Positions 1 through 8,510 of a stretch of 32,000 nucleotides of DNA are shown in pieces. Position 1 is the first letter of the stretch. Each line of letters opens with the position of its first letter. Source of the DNA: an uncultured Polyangiaceae bacterium (GTDB lineage Bacteria > Myxococcota_A > Polyangia > Polyangiales > Polyangiaceae). The notes under the pieces are model-generated. The model was not told where the DNA came from. It saw only the letters and a program-made list of their open reading frames with translations, and made no database searches. The stretch lies in assembly GCA_964641275.1 (NCBI GenBank), contig CAZXMG010000029.1:13289-45288 (forward strand), given 5' to 3'. The position numbers were made by a program, and so were the translations under genes.

Positions 1-173
1 ATGAGCGCCGCCGGCGCCGCGCTCGAGGCGAGCGCGCTCGACATGGGCGAGCTGGATGAAGCGCTGGAGGAGGCGCTCCCCTGCGACGCGCCCGGCGGCG
101 GCGACTTGGCGCACCCGCTGGCCACGATGCACAAGACGGCGAAGCCGAGCGAGAAGCGACCCAAGGGCAGCAC
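1..173 (-). CDS. N-terminal part of a putative lipoprotein; the gene runs off the left edge of the window
   Basis: Absent from the ORF track because it is too short inside the window. Hand translation of the minus strand from GTG at 173..171 gives VLPLGRFSLGFAVLCIVASGCAKSPPPGASQG..., a signal peptide ending in a lipobox-like ASG|C. Plus-strand positions 3,6,9... are its third codon positions and are almost all G/C up to about 175. This also explains the apparent coding signal of the spurious plus ORF 1..723. Confidence 0.4.
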   Translation of the reverse strand, partial: MLPLGRFSLGFAVLCIVASGCAKSPPPGASQGSASSSASSSSPMSSALASSAAPAAL

Positions 174-180
174 GTGCGAC

Positions 181-651
181 CTATTGCCGGGGCCCGAACG
201 TGATCGCGCCGCCAGGCAGGAAGTACAGGATGTCCATCGCGCCGCCGGTGACGGTGGGCACGTGCCACGAGCCCGGCGGGTAGACCGTCCAGCCCTCGGG
301 CTGATCGTCGAAGCGCGCGTCGCCTTCCACGGCGAAGCACAGATCGACCTCGCCGCGCGGGTGGGTGTGGGCGAGCGCGGGCTTGTTCATGTGCACGACG
401 TCGATGCTGTAGTCAGCATCATCGGCGGCCTTGCGCAGGCGCGAGAAGCGAACGCCGTCGTTCTCGCGATCCGCGACCACCTTGGACTCGACCGCTGCGC
501 GCAGTGCGACGCGCAGGCGGCTGAGCTCGGGGCCATCGAGCGGCAAACGCGCCGCGAGCCTGTCTGCGGCGTCCGGCAGGGTGGTATCTACCTCTCGAAT
601 GGCGGGCAAGAGCGCCTCGACCATGGCCTTGAGTTGCTCCTTGTCGCTCAC
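181..651 (-). CDS. Small cupin-like protein, possibly DUF4863 / 4-hydroxylaminobenzoate-lyase-like
   Basis: 156-aa ORF with high GC3. C-terminal half reads HTHPRGEVDLCF...GWTVYPPGSWHVPTVTGGAMDILYFLPGGAITF, a metal-binding cupin-like His pattern that I recall from DUF4863 proteins. The family call is from memory only. Confidence 0.6.
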   Translation of the reverse strand: MSDKEQLKAMVEALLPAIREVDTTLPDAADRLAARLPLDGPELSRLRVALRAAVESKVVADRENDGVRFSRLRKAADDADYSIDVVHMNKPALAHTHPRGEVDLCFAVEGDARFDDQPEGWTVYPPGSWHVPTVTGGAMDILYFLPGGAITFGPRQ

Positions 652-719
652 GAGACCGCGTGTACCACGCGCGCCGTCTGGCCGGAACGTGGGGCGCGCG
701 CTCGTGTTAGAACTGCGCC

Positions 720-1352
720 GTGATCGATCCGCACCCGTTGCTCGAGGCTGTGGTGTTCGAGACCTCGTTCCCGCAGGCGTTGGGCTCGCTGACGCTGCCC
801 GACCAGGTCGCGGGCCTACTCGCCCTCGGCGCGGCCTCGCCTCTCACGGCGGACGATGCGGTGCGTGCGGCGGTGCGGGACCTCTTGCGGCACGGCGGCT
901 ACAAGCCCACCGGTCGCGGCAAGCCCGCGTCCGAGTACCTGCTGCGCGCCGCGACCGAGGGCTCGCTCGGGGCGATCAACGCCGCTGTCGACGTGTGCAA
1001 CGCGGTGTCGCTGCACAGCGGCTTGCCCGTGAGCGTCATCGACCTGGACCGCGCGCGTGAGCCACTTCGCATCGGCGTCGCGCCGCCTGGCGCGAGCTAC
1101 GTGTTCAACGCCGCGGGCCAGAGCATCGATCTCGGCGGGCTACTCTGCTTGTTCGACGCCGACGGCCCGTGCGCCAACGCGGTGAAGGACGCGCAGCGCA
1201 CCAAGACCCACGGCGAGACGCGGCGCACGCTCACGGTGATTTGGGGCACCCGCGCACTCGCTGGCCGCAGCGAGGCGGCGTTTCGCTGGTACGCGGAGCT
1301 GCTCGCGAGCTTGGGCGCTGCGGTCACGAAGCGTGTGGCGGAGTCGGAGTGA
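720..1352 (+). CDS. Stand-alone B3/B4 domain protein (PheT B3/4-like putative RNA-binding domain)
   Basis: 210 aa with GTG start. Motifs INAAVDVCNAVSLHSGLPVSVIDLD and KDAQRTKTHGETRRTLTVIWG match the pattern of stand-alone B3/4 domain proteins. High GC3. Divergent from the cupin gene across a 68-bp gap. Confidence 0.75.
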   Translation: MIDPHPLLEAVVFETSFPQALGSLTLPDQVAGLLALGAASPLTADDAVRAAVRDLLRHGGYKPTGRGKPASEYLLRAATEGSLGAINAAVDVCNAVSLHSGLPVSVIDLDRAREPLRIGVAPPGASYVFNAAGQSIDLGGLLCLFDADGPCANAVKDAQRTKTHGETRRTLTVIWGTRALAGRSEAAFRWYAELLASLGAAVTKRVAESE

Positions 1353-3079
1353 GCGGGCCCGATCTGGCGGCGCGCGCCAAGGAGCTCTTGGCCAAGCGGC
1401 GATTGACCACGCTCGTGCGCGAGGCTCACCGGCTGGGCGCCGAGCTGGCCCGCGTGGAGCGCGAGCTCGGCACCGTGCGGGATCAGATCTCGCTGCTCGA
1501 CCGCATCTGGCTGGGGGAGAGCCGTGACGAGGCGCGGGAGCGAGAGCTCGGCGCGGAGCGCGAGCGGCTCGTCGCGGCGGCAGCGCAAGCCCAAGCGCAC
1601 GCCGCGAGCGCGCTCGCACAGGTGGAGGCGGAGCTGCCTCCGCTCGCGATCGCTCGTCGCGTGGAGCAGGTGATTGCGGCCGCGCGAAGACTCTTGGCCA
1701 ACAACGACTACGGGCAGCGCGCGATCATGGTCGACCTGCGCGGGGTGGTCACGAGCGAGCTCGAGGCGCTGGGCGAGACCATTCGATCGACCTGGTTCCC
1801 GGACTTCGATCTGGTGGACGGGCTGAACGCCTTGCGTGACCAGCGCCCGACGCGGGCTTCGACCCAGGCGCGCGTGGCGCCGTTCCGTCGCTCGGCCACC
1901 CTGGGCTTTGCACCAGTGACGGTGACGGAGCTGCGCTCGCGCGCGGCGCGTCAGCTCGACTCGGACACGTTTCGGCAGGCGGCGGCGCGCTCGATCAAGG
2001 AGAACGTGGACGTCGAGCGGGCCAACGTGGTGCTGTCACGCGCGCGCGCCCACGTGCGCAAGCTTGAGGATCCGGGGCTGCGTTCGGCCCAGGATAGGCT
2101 CGCGGCCGAGTGGCGTGAGGCGGTCGACGCGGCCGAGCAGGTGGAGGCGCACGTGTTCGGAGCGCTCGCTGCGTTCCCGCCGATGGGCCTCTACCTGGCG
2201 GTGCAGTCAACGCTGGGTGCGTGTCTCGCGCTGGACCACCGCGCGCCGATCGAGCGGGCGCTGCAGGTCGACGGCGGTCTTCGCGGCGTGCCGTCGTTTG
2301 GACTTCGCGCGCTCGCCATGGCCGGCCTGGTGAGGATGCGCCGTGCGGTCGATACGTCCTTCCCTGGCCTCGCCGCGCTGATCGCGCCGCGCCCCGCGCG
2401 CGTGAGCGAGGCGCCTTGGCTCGCCCACATCATGAGTCGCTTCGCGCAGATAGGGGTGCAGCAGGCGCTCGACCGCGCGTTGCTCCACGCGCCGCTGATC
2501 GCGGCGCATCGTGTCCGCGAGCGCGCGCTCGCTCGCGTCGCGCGGAATGACCGATCGGTCGAGCCGGCGCTGGCCGCAAGCCGCGCGCAGCACCGCTTCT
2601 CCTCGCTCGCCCTCGAGCGCGCGCTCAACGAGCTCTATGGGCAGGCTTGGGCGGTCTCGCGCGAGCTGCCGGGGCTGCGGGTCCGCGACGCGATCGTGAA
2701 CGCGGCGGTGGCCACGGGAGCAGTCAGCGCCGTCTACAACCGCACGGCGAGTGTGTGCGTGCTGGTGCGTCGCGAAGGAGCCCTCGCCGCGGCGGCACTG
2801 TTGGCGCAAGAGATCCAGGTCTCGGCGCCGCAGGGGCGAGTGAGCCGCGAGCTCGTGGCGGGTGTGGCTCGGTTCGATGCAGCGCTGCGCGCCACACACG
2901 CCAAGGCTGTCGGGCGGCTGGCGAGGTACCCGCGCGAGCCTGGATGCATCGTCTTGGGACTGGAGTCGGGGTTCTCGAGCCTCCAGGGCTTGGCCGTCGC
3001 GGCGTTCCGCGTCTGGGGCGACATGCCGCCCGACGGCCTGTTGCTCTACCACTTCGCAGAGCGCGAGCTCGCTCGCTGA
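1349..3079 (+). CDS. Hypothetical 576-aa all-alpha protein with an N-terminal coiled coil; no recognisable family
   Basis: Same frame as track ORF 1169..3079. The likely start is GTG 1349..1351, which overlaps the upstream TGA (1350..1352) as GTGA. The N-terminus is a charged heptad-like stretch (ELARVERELGTVRDQISLLDRIW...ERELGAERERLVAAAAQAQ). High GC3 throughout. Confidence 0.7.
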   Translation: MSGPDLAARAKELLAKRRLTTLVREAHRLGAELARVERELGTVRDQISLLDRIWLGESRDEARERELGAERERLVAAAAQAQAHAASALAQVEAELPPLAIARRVEQVIAAARRLLANNDYGQRAIMVDLRGVVTSELEALGETIRSTWFPDFDLVDGLNALRDQRPTRASTQARVAPFRRSATLGFAPVTVTELRSRAARQLDSDTFRQAAARSIKENVDVERANVVLSRARAHVRKLEDPGLRSAQDRLAAEWREAVDAAEQVEAHVFGALAAFPPMGLYLAVQSTLGACLALDHRAPIERALQVDGGLRGVPSFGLRALAMAGLVRMRRAVDTSFPGLAALIAPRPARVSEAPWLAHIMSRFAQIGVQQALDRALLHAPLIAAHRVRERALARVARNDRSVEPALAASRAQHRFSSLALERALNELYGQAWAVSRELPGLRVRDAIVNAAVATGAVSAVYNRTASVCVLVRREGALAAAALLAQEIQVSAPQGRVSRELVAGVARFDAALRATHAKAVGRLARYPREPGCIVLGLESGFSSLQGLAVAAFRVWGDMPPDGLLLYHFAERELAR

Positions 3080-3103
3080 GGTGTGCGTCTCTGCTCAGCG
3101 AGC
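3071..3103. terminator. Perfect 10-bp inverted repeat between convergent genes; candidate bidirectional terminator hairpin
   Basis: gctcgctgag (3071..3080) and ctcagcgagc (3094..3103) are exact reverse complements with a 13-nt loop. The stems include the stop codons of both convergent genes (TGA 3077..3079; minus-strand TGA at 3095..3097). No clear U-tract. Confidence 0.4.
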
Positions 3104-3997
3104 CCTGGCGCACAGCTCGGGCAGACAGTGGGTCGACCCCTTGGGCGGACAGCGACCGAGCAGCGGGTCGCCTTGCAGCGCGAAGCGCTCACGGAAGGCG
3201 CCGTACCCGAACTTGAAGCGGGTTGGGAGATGGTAGCCTCGCGGAGGGCACGCTGGGTCGAGGTCCGGCCGCCGCGCGAGCGTGAGTCGAGCCGGATCGA
3301 GCTGGAACGCGACGCGGTCTCGTTTGCGGTGGAGGGGCTTCCACGGTTGCTGGGCCTCCTCGAGGTCCATGACGTGGAAGAGGCCCACGCCCTCTTCCGA
3401 GACCGACTCGACGCAGAGCTCGCCGCGGTCGTCACCGTCGAGATCGATCGCCTGGAGGCGGCGCATGGAGAGCGACGAGCCGCAGTCCTCGATGCTGAGA
3501 TCGAGCGCCCTGAACGTGTACAGCGGCCGCACGCCGTCGGAGAACGGCGCGAGGATCACGGCATCGAGCTTCTCGAACTGCATTCCTTCGTGCTCGTGCC
3601 CATGCTCCGAAGCCGCGACCCAGAGTCGCTTTCCCCCGACCTCGAGCGTCGAGCTTCCCTCGAAGCGACAGCGGTGGAAGCCGAACGGCGCCGGGGCAGC
3701 GCGGGCTCTGGGGCACGCGAGCGCGTTGTTCCATTCGTCCTCCACGAACAGCGCGAGGGCGTGATCTTCGGGCCGAGGGCTCACGCCAGGCCAGAGGAGC
3801 TCGATGGTGGGGGGGGCGGGGACGTCGAGCAGCGCGGCGCTCGGCGCTGGCGGTGGGGGGAGGGGCGGAGGCGTCGGGTCGGTGCGCGACTGGCCGGAGG
3901 TCCGGGCGGCGGTGTGCGACGAGGCCTCGTCGGGCGGCGCCTCTGCAGGTGAACTGCACGCCGCGGCGAGCAGCACCAGGATCGCCAGGCGACGCAT
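3095..3997 (-). CDS. Hypothetical lipoprotein
   Basis: From ATG 3997: MRRLAILVLLAAACSS, a signal peptide with lipobox LAAA|C, then a Pro-rich linker (TDPTPPPLPPPPAPS) and a globular domain. The track ORF extends to a GTG at 4024; I prefer the ATG because of the signal peptide geometry. Confidence 0.7.
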   Translation of the reverse strand: MRRLAILVLLAAACSSPAEAPPDEASSHTAARTSGQSRTDPTPPPLPPPPAPSAALLDVPAPPTIELLWPGVSPRPEDHALALFVEDEWNNALACPRARAAPAPFGFHRCRFEGSSTLEVGGKRLWVAASEHGHEHEGMQFEKLDAVILAPFSDGVRPLYTFRALDLSIEDCGSSLSMRRLQAIDLDGDDRGELCVESVSEEGVGLFHVMDLEEAQQPWKPLHRKRDRVAFQLDPARLTLARRPDLDPACPPRGYHLPTRFKFGYGAFRERFALQGDPLLGRCPPKGSTHCLPELCARAR

Positions 3998-4078
3998 GGG
4001 CCACTCTACGCGCGAACGAGCCACGCGATTCCGCCTCCTCTTGCGGCGTGTAGCGCGCAGCGCAAGCGCCGCCCGAGG

Positions 4079-5473
4079 TTAGCGGCTGACGTACTGGATG
4101 GCGTAGCTGGCGTGGGCACCGATGTGGTCGTGCCCTGCGGCGTCGACCACGTAGGCCAGATCGAAGTCGTAGCCGGAGAACACGCCGCCGAGCGGCAGCA
4201 TCACGCGATCCTCGAGCCCGCTGCTCGTGGCGATGGCGTGGAACAGGTGCGAGTTGGGGCTGGGGTCAGTGGAGACGACGCGCGAATAGACCAGGCGCTT
4301 GCGCTCGTAGCAGTCGATCTGCATGGCGACGTAGCGGCCGAGATCGTCGTTGGGGTACCCGGGCTGCGGCGCGTCGAGCACGATGGGCGCGGTGAAGGCA
4401 CCGCTCTGCCACTCCACCAGCTCCAGGCTGCGCGTGCTCTGTCGGTGGTAGGCGATCGCGGGCTGGTCCCAAGGATCGATGCCGAGCGCCACGCTCTGTT
4501 TGCTGTCTTCGGAGCTGGGCGCGGTCTCGGAGGCGACCACGGTGATGTCCCACCCGCTCGGCCCGAGCGTTGCGTGGCGCACCTCGAGGTCCACCGCGCC
4601 TTGCGAGCCGCCGGTCTCCACGTGGTAGGCCACGTGCGGCGTGCCCTGGCTGTCGAGCGCGAAGGAGACGGCGGAGATCCAGCCCGCTTGATCGATCAGC
4701 GCCGGCACGGTGGGTGTGCCTCCATCGGTGGTGAACCACTCGAGATCCGTGCCGTCGTTCACGCGCACCACGTGCTTGAGCGGGCCGTCGGCGGCGAGGC
4801 CGAGGGCGTTGGCCCAGCCCGGCGCGACGATGCGATCGCTGATCGAGTCGCACACCAGCCGAATGTGGCCGTCGTAGTCGTCGGTGTAGACCACGCACGG
4901 ATCGTCGCCGCTGGTCGTCGCGAACGAAGTCGCGATGTTGGAGCCCCACTGCTCGTCGGCGACGTAGTTGGTCTGCCAGGTATCGCTGATGGGGGTGAAG
5001 CGCTTCAGCGTCTCGGAGTAGAAGCTGCCGTTGCCGTAGTAGTCGACCGCCAGCACGTTCGGCTCGCCGCTCCGGAGCTGCATACCGGCGCGCCGGCGCG
5101 TGGTGTAGTTGCCCGGGCTCGGGGGGATCGCGACGGTGAACGCGGCGCCGGGGAGGGGGCAGGTGTCGACCAAGGGCGCCCCTCCGTCGCCTCCAGCTCC
5201 CCCAGCGCCTCCGGTGCCGCCTCCGGCTCCGCCCTGGGCCTGGCCCCCTTGCGCTGCGCCGCCCGGACCTGCGGTGCCTCCGCCCTCGGCGCTGCCTCCG
5301 GCAGCCGCGCCGCCAGCGCCCGGACCTGCGCCCCCGGAGGCCGCGTCCTCACACGTGCCCGCCGCGCCGCACACGCGATCACCTTTGCAATCGCCGTCCG
5401 AGACGCACGGCTCTCCGCCAGCGTCTGTGCAGGCCCAAACGAACAGCAGCGATCCCAAGAGGCGCCTTTGCAT
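4079..5473 (-). CDS. Hypothetical lipoprotein: small Cys-rich knot, Gly/Ala-rich linker and a beta-rich repeat (propeller-like) domain
   Basis: From ATG 5473, preceded by taaggg: MQRRLLGSLLFVWAC (lipobox). Then CVSDGDCKGDRVCGAAGTCE, a ~55-aa Gly/Ala linker (nt ~5177..5341), and recurring ...PHVAYH.../...PAIAYH.../...RLVYSR... strands. Confidence 0.75.
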   Translation of the reverse strand: MQRRLLGSLLFVWACTDAGGEPCVSDGDCKGDRVCGAAGTCEDAASGGAGPGAGGAAAGGSAEGGGTAGPGGAAQGGQAQGGAGGGTGGAGGAGGDGGAPLVDTCPLPGAAFTVAIPPSPGNYTTRRRAGMQLRSGEPNVLAVDYYGNGSFYSETLKRFTPISDTWQTNYVADEQWGSNIATSFATTSGDDPCVVYTDDYDGHIRLVCDSISDRIVAPGWANALGLAADGPLKHVVRVNDGTDLEWFTTDGGTPTVPALIDQAGWISAVSFALDSQGTPHVAYHVETGGSQGAVDLEVRHATLGPSGWDITVVASETAPSSEDSKQSVALGIDPWDQPAIAYHRQSTRSLELVEWQSGAFTAPIVLDAPQPGYPNDDLGRYVAMQIDCYERKRLVYSRVVSTDPSPNSHLFHAIATSSGLEDRVMLPLGGVFSGYDFDLAYVVDAAGHDHIGAHASYAIQYVSR

Positions 5474-5527
5474 GCCCTTACGGACACGCCTCGGCGCCAC
5501 GTGTCGCGCACGGACCTCAGATTCGGA

Positions 5528-6409
5528 TCAAGGCGCGCAGAAGGCGAGCACCTCGGTGAAGCTCGGGAAGCTGCCGATCTGGACCTCCACCGCTCCGTCG
5601 CTCGGGGTGGTCGGCAGGAAGGTCACGGTGACGTTGGGCAGGCCTTCCTGATCCAGCGCCAGCGTTCCTCCGGAGGGGCAGCGGTCACCTTGAGCCCAGC
5701 TCACGTCGTCCACCTCGTAGGCGGCGTCGAGCGCGCTGGTGCTGATCGTGCCCGATCCGTTGGCGCTCACCGAGCCGGCCTCGACGTCCAGGCGTCCGCC
5801 GGTGAGCGTGAAGTGGGTCGTTTCGGCGCCGTCGCTCAGCGTCAGATCGGCGGTGGTCGTGCGTCCCAACATGCCGTCGCCGGTGAAGCTCACAGCGACC
5901 GATCCGTCGACCGTGCTCGGGCCCATCGTCAGCTGCTCGAAGTCGAGCGCGAACGAGGTCGGGTTGATGGTCACGGTGAAGGTGATGCCCCCGTCGAGAG
6001 GCAGGCCCGTCGCCTCGAGCGTGCAGTCGGTGAAGGTGATGCTGGCGGTGAGCCCGGACCAGTCGAAGGTGACACACGCCGCTTCGGTGACGATCGAGTT
6101 GGTCGCCACGGCGTCCTCGACCAGGTCCTGGGCGCGGTTGTCGTCGGCGGAGTCCTGCTCCTGCCGCAGCTGATCGCCACCCAAGAACAGCGGCGCGGCG
6201 AGGGAGATGGTCGCCGCTGTGGCTTCGACCGCTTCGCTGGCGAGCGGCTCGGCGCTCTGGGCGCTGGCTCCGCCCGCGCCTCCCTCGGCGCCGCTTCCGC
6301 CGGTGCCGCCCCCGCCGGCGCCCCCGTCCGTTTGACCATCACGACGATTGCAGGCAGCGGTCAGCGACAAGAGGAGCAAGCAGGGAAGGGCGCGGGTCAT
6401 GCTGATCAT
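5528..6409 (-). CDS. Hypothetical lipoprotein with a Gly-rich linker and beta-rich domain
   Basis: Internal ATG at 6409 (or 6400) of track ORF 5528..6685 gives MISMTRALPCLLLLSLTAAC (lipobox). The longer ORF would overlap the GH3 3' end and is Arg/Ser/Ala-rich junk. Gly-rich linker at nt ~6260..6340. Confidence 0.7.
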   Translation of the reverse strand: MISMTRALPCLLLLSLTAACNRRDGQTDGGAGGGGTGGSGAEGGAGGASAQSAEPLASEAVEATAATISLAAPLFLGGDQLRQEQDSADDNRAQDLVEDAVATNSIVTEAACVTFDWSGLTASITFTDCTLEATGLPLDGGITFTVTINPTSFALDFEQLTMGPSTVDGSVAVSFTGDGMLGRTTTADLTLSDGAETTHFTLTGGRLDVEAGSVSANGSGTISTSALDAAYEVDDVSWAQGDRCPSGGTLALDQEGLPNVTVTFLPTTPSDGAVEVQIGSFPSFTEVLAFCAP

Positions 6410-6452
6410 CGTCGGTGAGACCCGGCAAGACCCGCAAGGGTCAAACCGAGCG

Positions 6453-8510
6453 CTAACCGCCGAACGAGAGCGGCAGCTCGAACCCGAGATCGCGCGAGGA
6501 AGTGCCCACCTCGAGCACGTACGACGCTGGCTCGAGCTCCCAGCCAGCGTCCGTCCAGATGGCGAGATCGCTCGCGGCCACCGTGATCTCGACCACCTCG
6601 CTCTGGCCCGCCTCGAGCAGGACGCGCTGGAAGCCTCGCAGGTCGCGGGGGGCGCGCTCGACGCTGCTGCCTTCGACGCGCACATACACCTGCACCACCT
6701 CGCTGCCGGTGCGGGCGCCGGTGTTGCTGACGCGCACGGCCACGGTGAGCTCGCCCTCGGCCGAGAGCTGGCTGGGGGTCACGCTCGCGTCCGACAGGCT
6801 GAAGCTGGTGTACGAGAGCCCGAAGCCGAACGGGAACTCCGGCTCGCTCGCGTTGGCGTCGAGGTGGCGGTAGCCGTGCAAGAAGCCGTAGCTGACCTCG
6901 AGGCTCTCGTGGTCGAACGTGGGCAGATCGGCCTCGCTGCGCGGGAAGGAGATGGGCAACCGGCCGCCGGGCTCCACGTCGCCGAACAGCACGTCCGCGA
7001 TCGCGTGGCCACCTTGGGTGCCGGGGTACCAGGCCATCAACAGCGCCTCGATCTCGTCCACGAACGGGCGCACGACGATCGCGCTGCCGGCCTCGAGCAC
7101 CACCACGGTGTTGTCGGACAGCGCAGCGACCGCGCTGATCAGCGCCTCGTCCTCGGCGTGGAGCGACAGCGTGTCGCGATCCCCGCCCTCGATGAAGAGG
7201 TCTTCGCCTTCGTCCGCGGAGGTGAGCCCGACCACGATCACCACCGCGTCGGCCGCGGCGATCTGCGCCTCGTCTGCGGCGCTGAGCGTCGGGCCGGGCA
7301 GGTGCACCACCTCGAGCGAGCCTGCCGCGGCTTGGATGCCGGCAAGCGGCGTGACCGGGCTCGTGGGGGTGACCGCGCTCGAGCCCAGATCGCCCAAGTT
7401 GGCCACATCCGCCAGCGCGCCCACCACCACCAGCGTGCCGCCGGAGCGGGAGAGCGGCAGCGTGCCCCCGTTCTTGAGCAGCACCATGCCTTGGCTGGCG
7501 GCCTCACGCGCGAGCGCCAGGTGCTCCTCGCTCTCCACCGCGTCGGGATCGAGCGCAGGCGGCATGAAGGCTGCGTACTCGGTCTTCTTGCGCACGATGC
7601 GGGTGACGGCCTCGTCGATCACCGCCTCGTCCACCTCGCCGGCGCGCACCGCGTCCACCAGCCCTTGCCCGAAGTAGTTGGGCGCCGGCATCTCGATGTC
7701 CAGCCCAGCGTTGGCGGCTTCGACGGTGCTGCGCGTGCCGAACACCCAGTCGGACTCCACGAAGCCGTCGAAGCCCCACTCGTCCTTGAGCAGATCGCGG
7801 AGCAACACCGGGTTCTCGCTGGAGAACTGGCCGTTGACCTGGTTGTACGCGCTCATCACGCTCGCGACCTTGGCGTCGACCACTGCGCGGCGAAAATGCG
7901 GCAGGTACACCTCGCGCAACGTGCGCTCGTCCACGGTCACGTTCACGTCGAAGCGGGTGTCCTCGATCGAGTTGCACGCAAAGTGCTTCACGCTGGCGAG
8001 CACGTGCTCTTGGGCGCCTTCGATGAACGCAGCACCCATCGCGCCGATGTGCACGGTGTCTTCGCCGTACGTCTCTTGCGCGCGGCCCCACGCGGGGTGG
8101 CGGAGCACGTTGATGGTGGGGGCCAGGAGCACGTTCGCTCCCTTGGCGGCCGCCTCGCGCCCGATGGCGCGACCCACGCGGCGCTCGAGCTCGGGATCGA
8201 AGCTCGCCCCACGCGACATCGCCACCGGGAAGGCCGTGGCCTTGCCGGCGCGCGCCCCGCGGGGGCCGTCCACCATACGAAATCCGGGGATCTTCAGCCG
8301 CGTGTTCTCCGGCGTGTGGAACAGATCGTCGATCGCCGCGAGCGAGCTGCCGTGCATCTGCTCCACCTTCTCCTCGAGGCTCATGGCCTGCACGAGCTCC
8401 TCGGGAGTGGCGGATCCAAACTGCGGCGTCTGCGGCGGGAGCGTCGCGCTGTCGTCGCCGCAGGAGAGCAGCAAGACGGTGCAGAGCGCTCGAGCGCCGA
8501 TCGTGCTCAT
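6453..8510 (-). CDS. Glycoside hydrolase family 3 beta-glucosidase (BglX-like), lipoprotein
   Basis: 685 aa. N-terminal MSTIGARALCTVLLLSC lipobox. GH3 hallmarks: KIPGFRMVDGPRG, LAPTINVLRHPAWGRAQETYGED, VKHFACNS, GFVESDW, plus the C-terminal alpha/beta sandwich and fibronectin-like region. Confidence 0.9.
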   Translation of the reverse strand: MSTIGARALCTVLLLSCGDDSATLPPQTPQFGSATPEELVQAMSLEEKVEQMHGSSLAAIDDLFHTPENTRLKIPGFRMVDGPRGARAGKATAFPVAMSRGASFDPELERRVGRAIGREAAAKGANVLLAPTINVLRHPAWGRAQETYGEDTVHIGAMGAAFIEGAQEHVLASVKHFACNSIEDTRFDVNVTVDERTLREVYLPHFRRAVVDAKVASVMSAYNQVNGQFSSENPVLLRDLLKDEWGFDGFVESDWVFGTRSTVEAANAGLDIEMPAPNYFGQGLVDAVRAGEVDEAVIDEAVTRIVRKKTEYAAFMPPALDPDAVESEEHLALAREAASQGMVLLKNGGTLPLSRSGGTLVVVGALADVANLGDLGSSAVTPTSPVTPLAGIQAAAGSLEVVHLPGPTLSAADEAQIAAADAVVIVVGLTSADEGEDLFIEGGDRDTLSLHAEDEALISAVAALSDNTVVVLEAGSAIVVRPFVDEIEALLMAWYPGTQGGHAIADVLFGDVEPGGRLPISFPRSEADLPTFDHESLEVSYGFLHGYRHLDANASEPEFPFGFGLSYTSFSLSDASVTPSQLSAEGELTVAVRVSNTGARTGSEVVQVYVRVEGSSVERAPRDLRGFQRVLLEAGQSEVVEITVAASDLAIWTDAGWELEPASYVLEVGTSSRDLGFELPLSFGG

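Noticed and set aside
1-723. Plus-strand ORF of 240 aa at the window start
   Set aside because: It is antisense to the cupin-like gene (181..651). Its good GC3 is confined to about 1..175, which is explained by a minus-strand lipoprotein N-terminus whose third codon positions fall on the same nucleotides. The remainder is Arg/Ala-rich with poor GC3.
5177-5341. Apparent tandem DNA repeats (also ~6260..6340 and ~26086..26250); considered as a repeat array or CRISPR-like
   Set aside because: They are imperfect runs of GGN/GCN codons encoding Gly/Ala linkers inside genes. There is no constant repeat unit and no spacer structure.
4112-6418. 768-aa plus-strand ORF
   Set aside because: It is antisense to two lipoprotein genes. 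The composition is Arg/Gly/Ala/Val-rich with no motifs. This is the typical stop-free antisense frame of high-GC DNA.
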